A stretch of DNA of 64,000 nt from Heterodontus francisci. Its lineage: Eukaryota. The notes beneath the pieces are model-generated. The model saw only the letters and a list, made by a program, of their open reading frames with translations, made no database searches and was not told the origin of the DNA. Both the position numbers and the translations under genes were made by a program. The stretch lies in assembly GCF_036365525.1 (NCBI RefSeq), contig NC_090385.1, positions 63,653,618 through 63,717,617 of the forward strand, read 5' to 3'. Below, piece by piece: positions 22,381-36,218 of the stretch (positions are counted from its first letter, which is position 1; each line of letters begins with the position of its first letter).

Positions 22381-22960
22381 TGTGAACCTAGGCAGTGAGC
22401 ATTAGCAGGCACTCACTTGACGCATATACATTTGTGCTTCGAGCAGGCTGTAGGATGTGCAGTGAGAACCTTGGCTATTTTGTTCCTCATCCATGACTTG
22501 GGGGCAATGATACCAATTGCAGCCCTTATTGAGATCAGCTAATTCAGCACAGATCATACTGGGACGTTCCTGGTTTACATTGTTCTTTACCACACTGGTA
22601 ATTGTGTTTACCCATTGAGTTCAACCAAACGGCTAACTTTAATGTTTCCACACTTTCTAAAAGTATGTAGGTTTTAATGGTATGTGCTGATTTAATTGGA
22701 ACGTGCAAGTAGCTAAATGTTTTGTTCGGTATTTGACTTTGTATCATCATCTTGCTGGTTGACAACACTAATTATGCTGCGCTTTGAAAATATTGAGCAC
22801 CTGTTAAGGATGACACATGACTGCTCTCCAGTCCAGATAGACATTGAGGCTGAAGGACGAACCCCAGAAGCTAATTCATATTTCAGTGAAGAATTAGATT
22901 CCAGCATAATTATTCAGAAGTGTAAAATCATAAAGTTGATGCTTTTATCATTTACAACAG

Positions 22961-23091
22961 GGTAGTCAAACCTCGAGTAGCCTCTATGGAGGAAATGGCA
23001 ATGTTCCATACAGATGCCTATCTGGAACATTTACGAAAAATCAGTGAGGATGGCGATGATGATGACCCTGAGTCTGCAGAGTTTGGACTAG
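22961..23091 (+). CDS. HDAC8: Histone deacetylase 8, coding exon 3 (131 bp)
   Basis: acaacAG|...|GTGAG boundaries; (R)[43 protein letters not shown](G), compared with human [44 protein letters not shown]. Confidence 0.96.
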
Positions 23092-23749
23092 GTGAGCAGT
23101 CTGACTGCCTCTTTTGAATACTTCTGCTTTTTTTCTCTTTTCCTTTGTGATTTTATCCTTATGAAGGATTGTCACCATTAAAAACTTTTAGCTATGATGA
23201 GTCAGATGTAGAGTAAAGCTCATTCCACACTGCCCTAATTTCAATGGTGCACTGCTATTGCACTATCGTGACTTGTGCATTTTGTACCCTAACTCTATTT
23301 GTGTCCTCTCTGAGTGGTACTGACGACTTAATAAAGAATAGGGCTGAATTAAAACTGTAGTACTTGATGGTGATAATGGGTTAAAGTAAGGTCAGCTTTG
23401 TGCTTTGATTTTATGACCACAAAGGACTGGATTGAAACTGCTGAAGTCCTTCACTTGGGAACCTTGATATTGGCAGAGCGGAGACATTTTATTTCAGTAG
23501 TCTGGGTTGGGTTATAAACTAGGTCAAAAGGGTAGAATGACAGTGTTATAATCCACTGTGCCAAAATTAATGAAGTATTGCATTAGTGTATGTTATGGTG
23601 CAGCTCCTTTTTCGAATTATTTTCCCCTTTTTCCTATGGTTTTCCTCGACTATTCAACTTCCACAAAGTGAAAAGAGTGACCGACACTACAGCTCCACCT
23701 AAGCTGTTCTGAAACTAATCTTCAGAATGTGCATCAGATTCTTCTCACC

Positions 23750-24780
23750 CTGGAATGTCCAACCTTTTCGCATGGTCGGGGTGGGGGGGGGGGTGGGGGG
23801 GCCATATTACAATTTTTGTCTCATATAGGGGGCCGGTGAGATGATTTCAGAAAGATAAAGGCATTAAAAATTTATCTTACTATTGATCAAAACAACAAAA
23901 ATGTACATTTTTGTGAAGAAGTTTAAATGAAGAGTCTGATTTATTGACTCACTTTCTCTTCACTATGTTGTAGAGCATGGCTACCGGACCCGACACGTGT
24001 CTGGTTTGGGTCAGGTCGATCTTCTGGGTCCAGCATGCGGGCTCGGGTCGGGTCGGGCCAGGTCAGACACACTCTATCACTACCTCCGATACGTGGCTCA
24101 AATCTTAATGTACTTTTTAAACAACCTTCAAGTCCAGTTACAGTTTTTGTTGCTTATCTGCACAAGCTTAAAAAGTGAAAAACGGAAGCTAGGTTAACTG
24201 AACATTCTGGTGGTCGGGTCGGGCACAAGAAAAATGAAAGGACTCGGGCCGGGTCGGATGTGGTTCTGTCGGGCTCGGGTCGGGTTTCATTTGCAGACCA
24301 GAGCTTGCCTTTTCTGTGTTGGACACTGATTTAGTGAGATACCTGGCATTGTTTTGCTTGCACAAGCAGTCAATGTTTGCCCAGACTCTTGATGTAGCAA
24401 TGCGGAGTATTTTGGATAGATGTCATTCTGTCAGGAGTGATCTTGATCACTCTCTCCTTCTCTCTCCCTGTGTCCCTCCTCTCTGTGTTCCCCTCACTCT
24501 GTGTTGTTCCCCCCCTCTGTTTCATCCACACTGTCTGTGCCCCCCCATCTTTCGCTCTGTCTCCCCCCTTTTCGCTCTGTCTCTCCCCCCCCCCCCCCCT
24601 TTGGCTCCCTCTGCCCCCCCCTTTCGCTCCGTATCCCCCTTCTCTTTCGCCCCACGTCCCCCCCTTTCCCTGTCTCTGTCCCGCAAATGCTTTAACAAAA
24701 AAAGTTGGAACCTGCTGGAAAACCCCTGAGGAATGGCCGGGTACAGTTAACATCCGCAGGCCGGATGTTGAACAACTGTG
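23750..24780. mobile_element. Non-autonomous hAT element (family A, copy 1)
   Basis: TIR-like CTGGAATGTCCAAC / GTTGAACAACTGTG; TSD TTCTCACC / TTCTAACC; homologous to 55371-57951; internal CT-rich tract 24450-24680. Confidence 0.75.
23971..24313. mobile_element. hAT-type MITE (family B) nested in the family A element
   Basis: Absent from the 55371 copy; 8-bp TSD CTATGTTG / CTGTGTTG; (GGGTC)n subterminal repeats. Confidence 0.75.
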
Positions 24781-24890
24781 TTCTAACCAGTGTTCCTTCT
24801 CAGTCTCTGCTTAGCAGCTTCCCGCTCCACAGTATGACTGAGCTCAGAAGTTTAGGGTTGTTGGGAGAGTGATGCCAAGAATGTGTGGAT

Positions 24891-25171
24891 TAAAGCCTGG
24901 CGACCCGACCACTACGTGTCGGGCTCGTGTCGGGTCAGGTCTATATTCTGTGTCCAGCATTCGGGCTCAGGTCGGGTCGGCTCTGGTTGGGTTTTGTTTT
25001 GTATTTTTTTTTTATCAACATTTTCACAGGATTTTTTTCTGTACATGTTTGATATTTTCGGATTGGGCATGAAAAAAAATTGAAGAACTCGGGGCCCGGG
25101 TCAGGTTCGGGTTGGCTGTGGTCGGATCAGGCCTCGGTTGGATTTTAATTTTATACCCGAGCCAGGCTTTA
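24891..25171. mobile_element. hAT-type MITE (family B-related)
   Basis: Perfect 11-bp TIR TAAAGCCTGGC / GCCAGGCTTTA; TSD GTGTGGAT / GTGTTGAT; (GGGTC)n repeats. Confidence 0.8.
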
Positions 25172-26520
25172 GTGTTGATTTCTTTTGCTATGCTTCTTGA
25201 TTTATTGGTAATTCTATAACTTCAGTGCCACAATAAACTGAGGTAAAGCAGTGCGATTTTATGGAAGCAGCAGTTAATTTTTTTCTCTGTATTGTCCTCA
25301 GGTTTTTAAATCTGTTGTTTTGCTTCTTCTGAAAGATTATATGGTTGCTGTTGGGGGGGTGGAATTGTGGGGTTGTGTTGCCTAGTTGCAACATGGCTGA
25401 ATGGGAGAGACTCAATAAAACAGCTGGTCTTTTTTGTCCATCTTTTCTATCTGTTTTCTAAATGTATTTCATGCTCTAGTTGCTCTACAGGCTTTTTCTT
25501 TTGATTAAGTCCATATGTTTTAAGAGTTGAATTCAGATAAACACAAAGTTTTTTTTGCCAGGAAATGTACTGCTTGTATCCAGCTTTCTGGAAACTGTAG
25601 ATACGTTAAAGATAATTTCATTTTCTTTGTCTCACAATGCATTCAAGAACTTGGTCTACCACCAATGTGGAAAATTCTGAATAGAAATACAATTCGCAAG
25701 CATTCGGATTTTAATATATAAATATATTATAGTGGTGTGTGGAATTTGTATAAAATAGGAAGGGCTCTGATATGTTAAAATTGTATCCATTGGGAATGAA
25801 TAATTGTCGTCCATTGAGCAGATTGCAGATGGAAACCTGCATCTGATTCTTCCTGAACCATCTCTAGGTGCTAGGTCCACGTAATCTGAAAGCATTCTCT
25901 TAGGTTATTGCTGTTTCCTAATATCTGTGCCTGATCTGTGTGCGAGTTATACTTAGAAAGAAATAACGAATCAAACATTCATCTTCTAAACCTGAGTTTC
26001 AGAAAATCTTTTTGAACATTCCTGCTCAGGAAGCTTATAGATAACATTTTTTCATTTTGCAATGATCCAAGATGTATGCCACTTTTGTAAACGGTTTGTA
26101 TCTGAGTAATGGTCAGTTGTGCGCAGTATCTTCCCAGTGGATGATTGATTTAGGCTCGACATTTGACATTTAACAGTCTATGCATGCATCTGATTTGAAT
26201 TAATTTAGGAGCTGGAGAAAAAGACCATTTAAAAGAACTTTTGAGAAACAACTCCTCGCGAGCTATTGTAACATTACTGTCAAACCATACAGGGTTTCAC
26301 ATCCTCCTGCTGCAGTTGTGCATTGCTTGTTGCAATATGAATTAAAAGTTACCGTTATAAATGCTAATTTAGAAGGCAAACCTTCCTTCAGAACAGGAGA
26401 ACTTTCCTCTTGTCTTGACAAATGTGAATATATTACTGTCACAAGCCACTAGATGGCAATAGTTGCCAATCTTTGGAAAGATCCATGAGTCACCTGCCTT
26501 ATTGCTACATGTATTTGTTA

Positions 26521-27668
26521 TTTTTGGGATTTTCTTCTCCCTGCTGCTTTCACATGCGTTCAAATCCTCTGAAGAAGGAATTTTCCTCCACACAAGATCA
26601 GGGGGCAGGTTGTTCAACCTTGCCCGTCTAAGAGCGAAGTCCAAAGTACGGAAAGTCCTCATCAGAGAACTCCTCTTTGCTGACGATGCTGCTTTAACAT
26701 CTCACACTGAAGAATGCCTGCAGAGTCTCATCGACAGGTTTGCGTCTGCCTGCAATGAATTTGGCCTAACCATCAGCCTCAAGAAAACGAACATCATGGG
26801 GCAGGATGTCAGAAATGCTCCATCCATCAATATTGGCGACCACGCTCTGGAAGTGGTTCAAGAGTTCACCTACCTAGGCTCAACTATCACCAGTAACCTG
26901 TCTCTAGATGCAGAAATCAACAAGCGCATGGGTAAGGCTTCCACTGCTATGTTCAGACTGGCCAAGAGAGTGTGGGAAAATGGCGCACTGACACGGAACA
27001 CAAAAGTCCGAGTGTATCAGGCCTGTGTCCTCAGTACCTTGCTCTACGGCAGCGAGGCCTGGACAACGTATGCCAGCCAAGAGCGACGTCTCAATTCATT
27101 CCATCTTCGCTGCCTTCGGAGAATACTTGGCATCAGGTGGCAGGACTATATCTCCAACACAGAAGTCCTTGAAGCGGCCAACATCCCCAGCTTATACACA
27201 CTACTGAGTCAGCGGCGCTTGAGATGGCTTGGCCATGTGAGCCGCATGGAAGATGGCAGGATCCCCAAAGACACATTGTACAGTGAGCTCGCCACTGGTA
27301 TCAGACCCACCGGCCGTCCATGTCTCCGTTATAAAGACGTCTGCAAACGCGACATGAAATCGTGTGACATTGATCACAAGTCGTGGGAGTCAGTTGCCAG
27401 CATTCGCCAGAGCTGGCGGGCAGCCATAAAGACAGGGCTAAATTGTGGCGAGTCGAAGAGACTTAGTAGTTGGCAGGAAAAAAGACAGAGGCGCAAGGGG
27501 AGAGCCAACTGTGCAACAGCCCCAACAAACAAATTTCTCTGCAGCACCTGTGGAAGAGCCTGTCACTCCAGAATTGGCCTTTATAGCCACTCCAGGCGCT
27601 GCCTCACAAACCACTGACCACCTCCAGGCGCGTATCCATTGTCTCTCGAGATAAGGAGGCCCAAAAGA
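26521..27668 (+). mobile_element. Young RTE LINE, 5'-truncated copy 2
   Basis: Open RT C-terminal ORF ending in CSTCGRACHSRIGLYSHSRRC; perfect 8-bp TSD ATTTGTTA (26513-20, 27669-76). Confidence 0.95.
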
Positions 27669-28489
27669 ATTTGTTAAAGGATAGCATTGAAGGAGACTGT
27701 AGCTTCTGAGGTTACCTCATTGCACAGATTTTTTTTTAATTATCAGTATCAAGAAATTAATTTATTTGAGCTTTGTGCCACACCTGTGGAAAATCAATTT
27801 TTGCATTCGATGGAGGCACAAATTGACTAAGCTGATGCTAGTGGTTCTAAGGCCGGCTTTATGGCTGCTGATCCAGAGTGGTGCAGATTCCTTAACTCAG
27901 CGCTGGCTGTTGACTCTGCAAGAAGTAGTGACTGTAGTTGGGTGAGGTTACTTGCATCACCCAATAGTTTTAATATTTTATGTGTTCCTCTCTTTCCTTG
28001 TGGAGTGGCACCTGACCTTACCTTGGTGTCTCTGCAAAGTTCTAGGATTAAGATGCTGCTGGGCATGAAACCATGACGTTGTATTATGGAGTGCAATGGT
28101 GTACCAAGAAATTTTATTGCTGGTTCACCACCATGACTTTTTTAAAAAAGTAAACTGTACCAAAATTTACACAATGGCTTTTGTGTGTCATCAAGGCTCA
28201 CAACACAGCTGCATCGCAAGTTAGAAATGCAGACTCTGAAATAAGAATACTTTATCCCACAACCAAACTCAAAACTATACACAATTATGGTGCTTGGACA
28301 AGCCCTGTGTTTTAACTTTGGTTAATCACTATGTGTTATCCTGTGCCATAGAAAGGTAGGATGCAGGTTTACTCCTGAGATTATATGTGAAACATTTAAA
28401 GAGAAAATTAGTAAATCTTAGCCCCACTGGATGACGAATGGCATTCTCGTAGGAAATCCAGCATCTGCAGGTTTCCCTCCAAGTCAAAT

Positions 28490-28705
28490 GGTATCCTGAT
28501 TTAGGTGTATATATATTGCTGTTGCTTTATTGTTGCTGGGTCAAAATCCTAGAATTCCCTATCTAAAACCATAATGGCAGTACCATTAACACAATGACTG
28601 CAGTGGTCCAAGGAAAAGACTGACCAGCATTTTCTGAAGGCAGCTAAGGATAGGCAGTAAGTGTGCCAGTATCGCCCATATCCCACGAACATACATTTTT
28701 TAAAA
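28490..28705 (+). mobile_element. 3' fragment of an unclassified LINE family (also 38770-39360, 46770-46905 minus, 62430-62560, 62730-63045)
   Basis: Shared tail gggtcaaaatcctgga...cctaacagcactgt...gactgcagcggttcaag...cacatcccatgaatgaa; upstream frame reads SLHHRHTVA...IYRMHC. Confidence 0.55.
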
Positions 28706-28800
28706 AACTATTCTTGAGAATATTGCTGTGGACAGGAAGTGGTTTCAATGAGAAATGAGCTATCTGGAAGGAAATGGTTTTTGTTCTTAATCTGTTTTGA

Positions 28801-31800
28801 AACAACAGCAGCAACAACAACATAAATTTATATAGTGCCTTTAAGGCAGTAAAATGTCCCAAAGTGCCTCATAGGAGCACTACCAGACAGAATGTGACAC
28901 CAAGCTACATTAGGAGATATTAGGAAAAATGGCCAAAACCTTGGTGAAAGAGGTAAGTTTTAAGGAGCATCTTAAAGGAGGAAAGAGAAGCACAGAGATT
29001 TGGGAAGGGAATTCCAGAGCTTAGAGCCTCGGCTGCTGAAGGCACAGTGCCAGTGGTGGAGCAGTTAAAATTAGGGGTACGCAAGAGGCCAGAATTGGAT
29101 GAGTGCGGATGTCTGAGAGAGTTGTAGCTGGAGGAAGTTACAATGATAGGAAGGGCAAAGCCATGGAGGGATTTGAAAATAAGGATAACTTTAAAATTGT
29201 GGCATTGCTTACCCGGGAGCAGGTGTAATGAGCAAAGGGTTATGGGTGAATGAGACTTGCTGCAAATAAGGATATGGGCAGTAGAATTTTGGATGAACTT
29301 AAGTTCAGGAGTGCATTGGAATAGTCAAGTCTAGAGGTGACAAAGACATGGATGAGGGTTTCAGTAGATGAGCTGAAGCAGTGGTGGAGTCGAGGGATGT
29401 GACGGAGATGGAAATAGGCGGTCTTTGTGATGGTGCAGATATGTGGCCGGAAGCTAATTTCATGATCAAATATGACACTAAGGTTGCGAACAGACTAGTA
29501 CATGTGGAACCTGACGCTGTGTTATTAGATGATATCACTGAGTAGCAGCATATATATGAGAAATAGGAGGGGACCAAGGACTCCTTGGGGAGCATCAGAG
29601 ATAGTGGTGGGGGAGTGGAAAGAAAAGCCATTGCAGGTAATTCTCTGGCTTTGACTAGATAGATAACAATGGAACCAGGCGAGTACAGTCCCACTCAGCT
29701 GGACAACAGTGGAGAGGTGTTGGAGGAGGATGATGTAGCCAACCATGTCAAAGACTGCAGACAGGTCAAGAAGGCCTGGGATGGATAGTTTACCTCAGTC
29801 ACAGGGGATGTCATTTGTGACTTTTGATAAGAGCTGTTTGAGTACAGGGGTGGAACCCTGATTGGAGGTGTTCAAAATGGATTTTCGGAAAGGTCGATGC
29901 AGATTTGGGAGGCAGTAGCATATTCAAGGTCTTTGGAGATGGAATGGTAGTTGCAAGGATGGAGGGGTCAAGGGTTGCTTTGTGAGGAGAGGGGGCAGGA
30001 CCCAAGGAGAGAGGATTGTTAACAATATCAGCTAGCATAGGAAGCCAGGAAGGCAAGTTAGGTGGTCAGCAATTTAGTGAGGACTGGGTCAAGGGAGCAG
30101 GAGGTGGGTCTGTGGAAAGATGAACTCAGAGAGGGCATGAGAGGAGATATGAGAGAAACTGGAGAAAGATATGAGTTCAGGGGAAGCTTTAGAGGAAATT
30201 TGGCCCAGTGGGCTAGCAGGGAGAAGGGAGGGAAGCAGCACTGGCAGCTGAATGGATGGTCTCAATCTTAATGACAAAGCAATCCATGACCTCAATACAC
30301 TTGTTGGAGATGAGGGGAAAGGGGTTTAATAAGACAGTTTTCAGTAGAGAAAATAAGCCAGAGTTTATCTTTGCATTCCGGGATGATCCTGCAATAGCGA
30401 GCAGTTTTTGCAGAGGAGAGCAGGACCCAATAATGCTTTATGTGGTGCAACCAGATTTGGCAATCTGGCAATGAATAGCTAAATCAGTTGTTCGTTTCAA
30501 TTCTGCATCCCTTGCACTTAAGGGAACGGAGATGAGGGCCATACTCGGCTAATGACCAGAATGTGAAAGAGTAATGCTTTTAATTGGGACTAGGACATCA
30601 AAGATGGGGATGAGGATGCAGTTAAGCAGATCGGTGGCTGCAGAAATGTTGTGCATGGTGGGTCAAAGGCTAGACAGTGAAGGTGTGAAAGTTGTAAGTG
30701 AATTGAGAGTGTGTGTTTTCCAGTGGTGGACTCGGAAGGAAGTAGGTTGGGAGGGGGAAGAGGATGTAGATGGAGAGCGATACAAGAAAGTGATCAAAGA
30801 TGGCCTCTTCTGTGCTTGACATGATGGGAGTAGCGAGGCCATGTGAGATGGTAAGGTCAAGGGAGTGGCTGTAGGTACAGATTGGGGAGTTTATGTGAAT
30901 GGAGGAATTAAGGAAAGATGTGATCTCGAGGAGAGAAAGTGTGATGAACTGAGATGGAAGTTGAAATCACCGAGGATAAGAAGTCGCTTGGTGCAGAGGC
31001 TGAGGGAGGAAAGCAGTGAAGATATCTTAGTGAGAAAATTGTCATGGTACTTAGATGGGCAGTAGAGAACGAGGATTTTAAATGAAGGGCGAGAGGGGTG
31101 GAATAAAGTGAGGTGCTCTAAAGAGGAGAAGGTGCCTGATGAGTAGGATGACAAACCAAAATGTGATTTGGTGATAAGAGCCATGCTGCCATTGCAGTTA
31201 TTTGGGCAGGATAAATGGTAGAAGGTACAGCCAGGAGGAGAGGCTTTGTTTAGGGTGAAGATATCATCACCTCTCAGCTAGGTTTCCATCAAGGCCATGA
31301 TGTTGATGCAATGATCCACAATAAGCTAATGGATGGCAAGGGCCTTGCTCACAAATAAATGGAGATTCTGGACAGAAATTTGGAGAGTGGCAGTGATAGC
31401 TGATCCAGTGGTAGAGTCCACAGAGTTAGCATTGGGTGGAGTAAGTGAAATGGGAAAGAGGTTGAAAAGATTTGGCCCCAGCGAATGCTAATCCTGGTAG
31501 TAAATAGGGAATTAAAGAGAAGACAATAGGAGGGAGTCCAGAAATAAAGCCAAAGGTCCTGTGCTGGGATAAAGTTGACAACAGTAGAGTGGGGTCAGCA
31601 TGGAGCATCAGCTAACTGATATCCAGGTTCGGAGATGGGTGTGATGGGTGAATTAATCTTTATTTGAAGGGTAGAGTATAGGAGGACGTACAGTAGGAAC
31701 TATTTCTGTGGGAATGAAGATCCAGGAGGTGTACAGAAATCAGTTGTGGAACTGAAGAACAGTGGCGAGGTTGGAGGTCACCATAAGGTCCAGAAGCAGC

Positions 31801-32240
31801 CGAGAAATGTACTTCAGCCCAGAAGAGTGAATCTCCGTTCAGGAACCAGACTAGCTGAAGCCGCAAAACCAGTAGGGCAGTCACAGGCTCAGCAGGTAAT
31901 AGCAGCAGTGGAGGATGGGCTATAAGCTAGACAAAGTTACTTTGAAATTTAAGCAACTGAGCAGCAGATCAGAGACACAGGTATAGTCCACTGTAGAAAT
32001 GTAGTCTTGATATCCAGAAAAGTCCAAGAATGTGAAAGCCAAATTTGAGAAAAGATCCCATGTTCACTGAGGAAAACAAAGAGGATGGGTAGTGAGCATT
32101 TTATGTTGCAGTTAACTTGTAGTTGAAGCTAAAAGGCATCCACTGTTTAAGCCGATGGAACTTAAACAGTGGAAGAGAGGAGATTGAGGGAGAAAGAGCA
32201 AAGCATGATGGTGGATGACCCTAGGGAGCCATCTTGAGGG
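28801..32240 (-). mobile_element. Decayed L2-clade LINE
   Basis: APE motifs (ILVLYCP, LLILGDFNFH), RT motifs (QSGFHP...TALIK, PQGVLGPLLFLIYML), L2-type tail ggcactatataaat followed by (gtt)n. Confidence 0.8.
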
Positions 32241-32539
32241 ACCTCAGACAAATTGAATACCATCATGTAGTATCATAGGTTTGACTCATTATGTCACTAA
32301 GCATTTGTCAATTTCAATTGTTCTGTTGTGGAGTGATACGGAGAAGAGGCAAGGGATCTTCCCATAGTTGGGGGTGAGAGAGAATTGTAAAGAGTTGTCC
32401 CTGAACCAATTTTGTGCCATCTAGCAACTGGGACGGAGAAGTGTTGACAGAGGCCTGTGTGTAACAAGGCTTTAGAATATGATTGCCCCGTGGAAACGAG
32501 CGCAGGTAAGGAAGGAGAAATTTTTGGGTTTTTTTTTTT

Positions 32540-33515
32540 GCAGAAGAATGAAAATGTTTGGTTGATGCACTAAAGGGTAAAACTTTAAAAGGAGTATAAG
32601 AGCTTAGGAGTTCAGTTACACAAAGCTTTAAAAATGTGAGGGCTCTTTAATAAAGCTGTTTAAAAAAATTTAGATTTTTGCTTTTATGAACAGAGGCAGG
32701 GAATTAAAAAAAACCAAGTGTTAATGGTAAATCTTCTCCTTCAGAAAGATGACAAGGGCGCAGAGAAGTTTTAGAAGGGATTTACTGAGATGATGCCAAG
32801 GATGGGAGCCTTCAGTTACAAGGAGAGTTGGGGAAACTATGCTCCTATCAATTGAATGTAAAATGTTAAGAGGAGATCCGCTAGATGCGTTCAGAATTCC
32901 TAAGACTATTTCCACTGATCAGTAAGTCCGTAACTGAAGGGTATAAGTTTAAGATCATGGCCAGAAGAATGCAGGAAGTGATTAGGAGAATTTCTTTTTT
33001 TGCGGCCAGTTAGGATATGGTATACCCTAGCACAGGGATCAGTAATCTTACTAAGAAGAATAGCCATTTTTAAAAATTTAGTCAAAAACGCAATATCATA
33101 AGAGCTGCAATGCCGTTACTCAAATGCCTATAATAATGAAAAACAAAACAGATACACATTTCAACAACATTTTAAAGGTTTTTGCAGAAAGTTATTAATT
33201 GAATGATACTTTCTCACAAATACAATGTTAATAAAAAAAAATTTAAAAACAAAACAAACAATTTACTTAACATCAAAATGGCTGACCAGTTAAGGTCTGG
33301 AGCCGCAAATGACTTCTCAATGAACCGCAGGTGGCAGACCCCTGCCCTAGCAGAAAAAGTAGTGGAAACTGAATATACAATTTAGCTTTTTTTAAAAAGT
33401 GGATAAGCATTTGAAAAAGATAAAAAAGAGTGTAGGGATAGGACTAAGTGCATAGCTGTTTCAGTGGTGCCATAAGTGCGATGGGCTAAATGTTTTTTCT
33501 TCTGTGCTGTAAAAT
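32540..33515 (+). mobile_element. Highly decayed CR1 3' fragment
   Basis: Residual AQRSFRR, LRGD and 3' UTR-like sequence. Confidence 0.5.
33033..33344. mobile_element. Short hAT (Charlie-like) MITE
   Basis: CAGGG...CCCTG termini; perfect 8-bp TSD CCCTAGCA (33025-32, 33345-52). Confidence 0.8.
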
Positions 33516-34919
33516 TGATAATTCTGTGATGGGAATATCAGTAAATAGTTCTCATGATGTAATACAGGTTGATTTCCTACTTGGATGGCAACACTTCAAA
33601 ATCAAAAATGACCCTTGCTATATGTGAGCGAGTAATTTGCCTTATGGGCTAACTGATTTATTTTTTAAAAGCACTAAAATAATGTGAGTACTTTCTACCT
33701 ACTCATCTACAAAATGTAACACGGCACTTTCATTCAAATAAAAATCAGCATTGACCCCCAGGGCTGAAACATTGGGAGATATTTCTTAGTCATCAGAAGT
33801 ATTGACAAATTCCCACACAGGTGAAATACAGGCTTGTAGTGTGTGTTTTTTAAAAGATTATGATCAACAAGTGAGCAGACAACAGAAGAAAATAACTTGT
33901 TTATATCTACCATTGCATTGATAATCAGAGGTAGAAATCAACCTCTCCCTGTCCTGTTCCGCCACACTACCCCAAATTTCCAGCTTCGATGCATTTTTGG
34001 TACTCAAGAAGTTAACTTTATCTTACTGCACTACCTGGAAAGAGGTTGACTATCACAAACACATCCCCTCATGGTTTCCTCATGGTAATGAGTTTGTGAA
34101 AAGCTCTGTCTCTCCTGCCTCAGTCAGAGAGGGTCCTCAACATTGCTGGGGCTGCCGAGCCTTTCCCTGTTGCTAGGTGTTACACAGCCTCAGACTGTGC
34201 TTCGCAGTACTCTGTAGATAAGGATTAGCGTCAGTCAGGTTGTCTGAAAGCTGGGACCATTCCAGCATAGAGGAATTTAATCTCACAGAACTCTTATTAT
34301 ATTTCACTTAAACCTGATCTAACAAAGGACCTTCTGTGGAACTGTTAGCAGCCAATATAGGGAAAAGACAAAGACCAACCAGACTGGTGCTTCCTACCCT
34401 GAAATCCCCCACTCTCTGGTTCCCAATTGGTTTTGGAAAGGAGAAACAAAAGCATTTCTGTTGCTTTCCATGGAACAGAATTCAGATCATCTGTAGAACC
34501 AAAGGCCTCATGCTCTGGTGTTAAATGAAATAGAATGAGGTGTGCAGGAGGTGTAAAAGGGCATCTGGATGTAAATCTGCAGCGTTATTCAAATCCTTCC
34601 TGTTTCAAGTTAATTTGACACATGTTGGCATTTAATACACTTTATTTAAACTATAATTTTCCTTTGTTTTTCTCACATTATTGTGAACTATTCTGTTCTG
34701 AAGTACAGCCAAGTGTCCTGTTTGTAATCCTGCGCTATTGTGCACCTGTTAACGAGGAGACAGCCACATAGCCTAAAGTGGCCCAATCTTGCCATCATTT
34801 ACTATCTCTTCCTATGGGCTGCCTAAGATCCATACGGATGTTTAGAGTAGTAAAAGATGACATTTTTTTTTTAAAGGCTTGAAAAGAATAACCTGTAAAT
34901 TCTTTTAGCCCACTGATAG

Positions 34920-36218
34920 TGTTATTTAGTGTGATCAGGGGTGGAGATGCAACACCTTGTCCCGTGACCACAGTTTTCCTGACATTTATAGTCAAGGAGA
35001 ACAAGTTACAGGCATGGGAGAGGCAGTCCGAGTCTTTGTAGCTGAATTTCCATTGTGAGCGACTAGTGCAGCATCATCAATGTAGAGGAGTTCTCTGATC
35101 AGGACGTGATGAGTTTTTGTCTTCGCTTTCAACCTTGATAGATTGTAGAGCTTGCCATCTGACCTAGTGTGCAATGTAGATTCCTTCCATATCTGTAGGG
35201 CAGGCGAAGGTCAAGAGCATGGAGAAGAAGTTGCCAAACAGAGTGGGGGCTAGGCCACGACCCTGTTTCACTCCATTCTTCACTCCAACACTGTTGGAAG
35301 TGGAGCCACCAAACTGTACAGTGCAGTGCACGTTGTCATGAAAGGAGCAGATGAGACTGAGGACCTTCGGTGGACAGCCAATTGGAACCACTCAAAGTGG
35401 TTAGCAAATTCTGCTACCTTGGGTCCACGGTGACAGACAATCTGTCCCTTGATGCAGAGCTCGATACACGCATAGGGAAAGCAGCTATCACTTCTGGCAG
35501 ACATGTGAAATGTGCATGGGATAACACTAAGCTAACCCTTAGGACCAAGCTGATGGTTTACATGGCCTGCGTTCTCAGCACCTTGCTGTATGTTTGTGAA
35601 ACATGGGCAACTTGCAGCCACCAGGAAAAGAAGCTCAATAATTTCCTTCTTGGCCGTCTGCAGTGCATCGTGGGTATATCCTGGCAGGACGAAATCACAA
35701 ATGTAGCATTCCTCTCGAAGGAAGAGCTCCCAAGTTTGTTGGCTCTAATCAAAAAGCGGTGGCTTCGGTAGATCGGACACGTCTGCAGGATGGAAGATGG
35801 TCGTGTACCCAAGGACCTTCTGTATGGTGAGGTAGCAAGGACCAGACAACCAGTGGGGCACTCAAAGCTCCGCTTCAAGGATGCTTGCAAGTGTGACATG
35901 AAGGCCCCAAATGTCGACTGTCGCACCTGGAAATCACTAGCCATCGAAAGAGGGAAATGGTGACACATCCTGTGGACTGCTGTGCACTACCATGATGACC
36001 AGTTGCTACAGCAGCTTGGCAACAAACGCCAACGTCAAAAACAAGAGCTCACAGCATCACGTGGCAGCTTCATGTGCAGCACTTGTGGCAGAACCTGCCT
36101 GTCAAGGATTGGCCTTCATAGCCATCAGTAAACGTGCACCAAGAGAAGACACCCCACCTAAATGGATTGTTTGCTGTGTGCCCATCATTTTTCGTAGATG
36201 GAAGGATGCCAACCAACA
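34920..36218 (+). mobile_element. Older RTE LINE with inverted 5' segment
   Basis: 34920-35383 encodes IGCPPK...GVKQG...ELLYIDDAA...ITLNNT on the minus strand; 35388-36218 continues PLKVVSKFCYLGS...C-terminus on the plus strand. Confidence 0.88.

Noticed and set aside
34040-34290. Possible ancient SINE/UCON-like element
   Set aside because: Only a vague resemblance from memory; cannot be supported without a database search.
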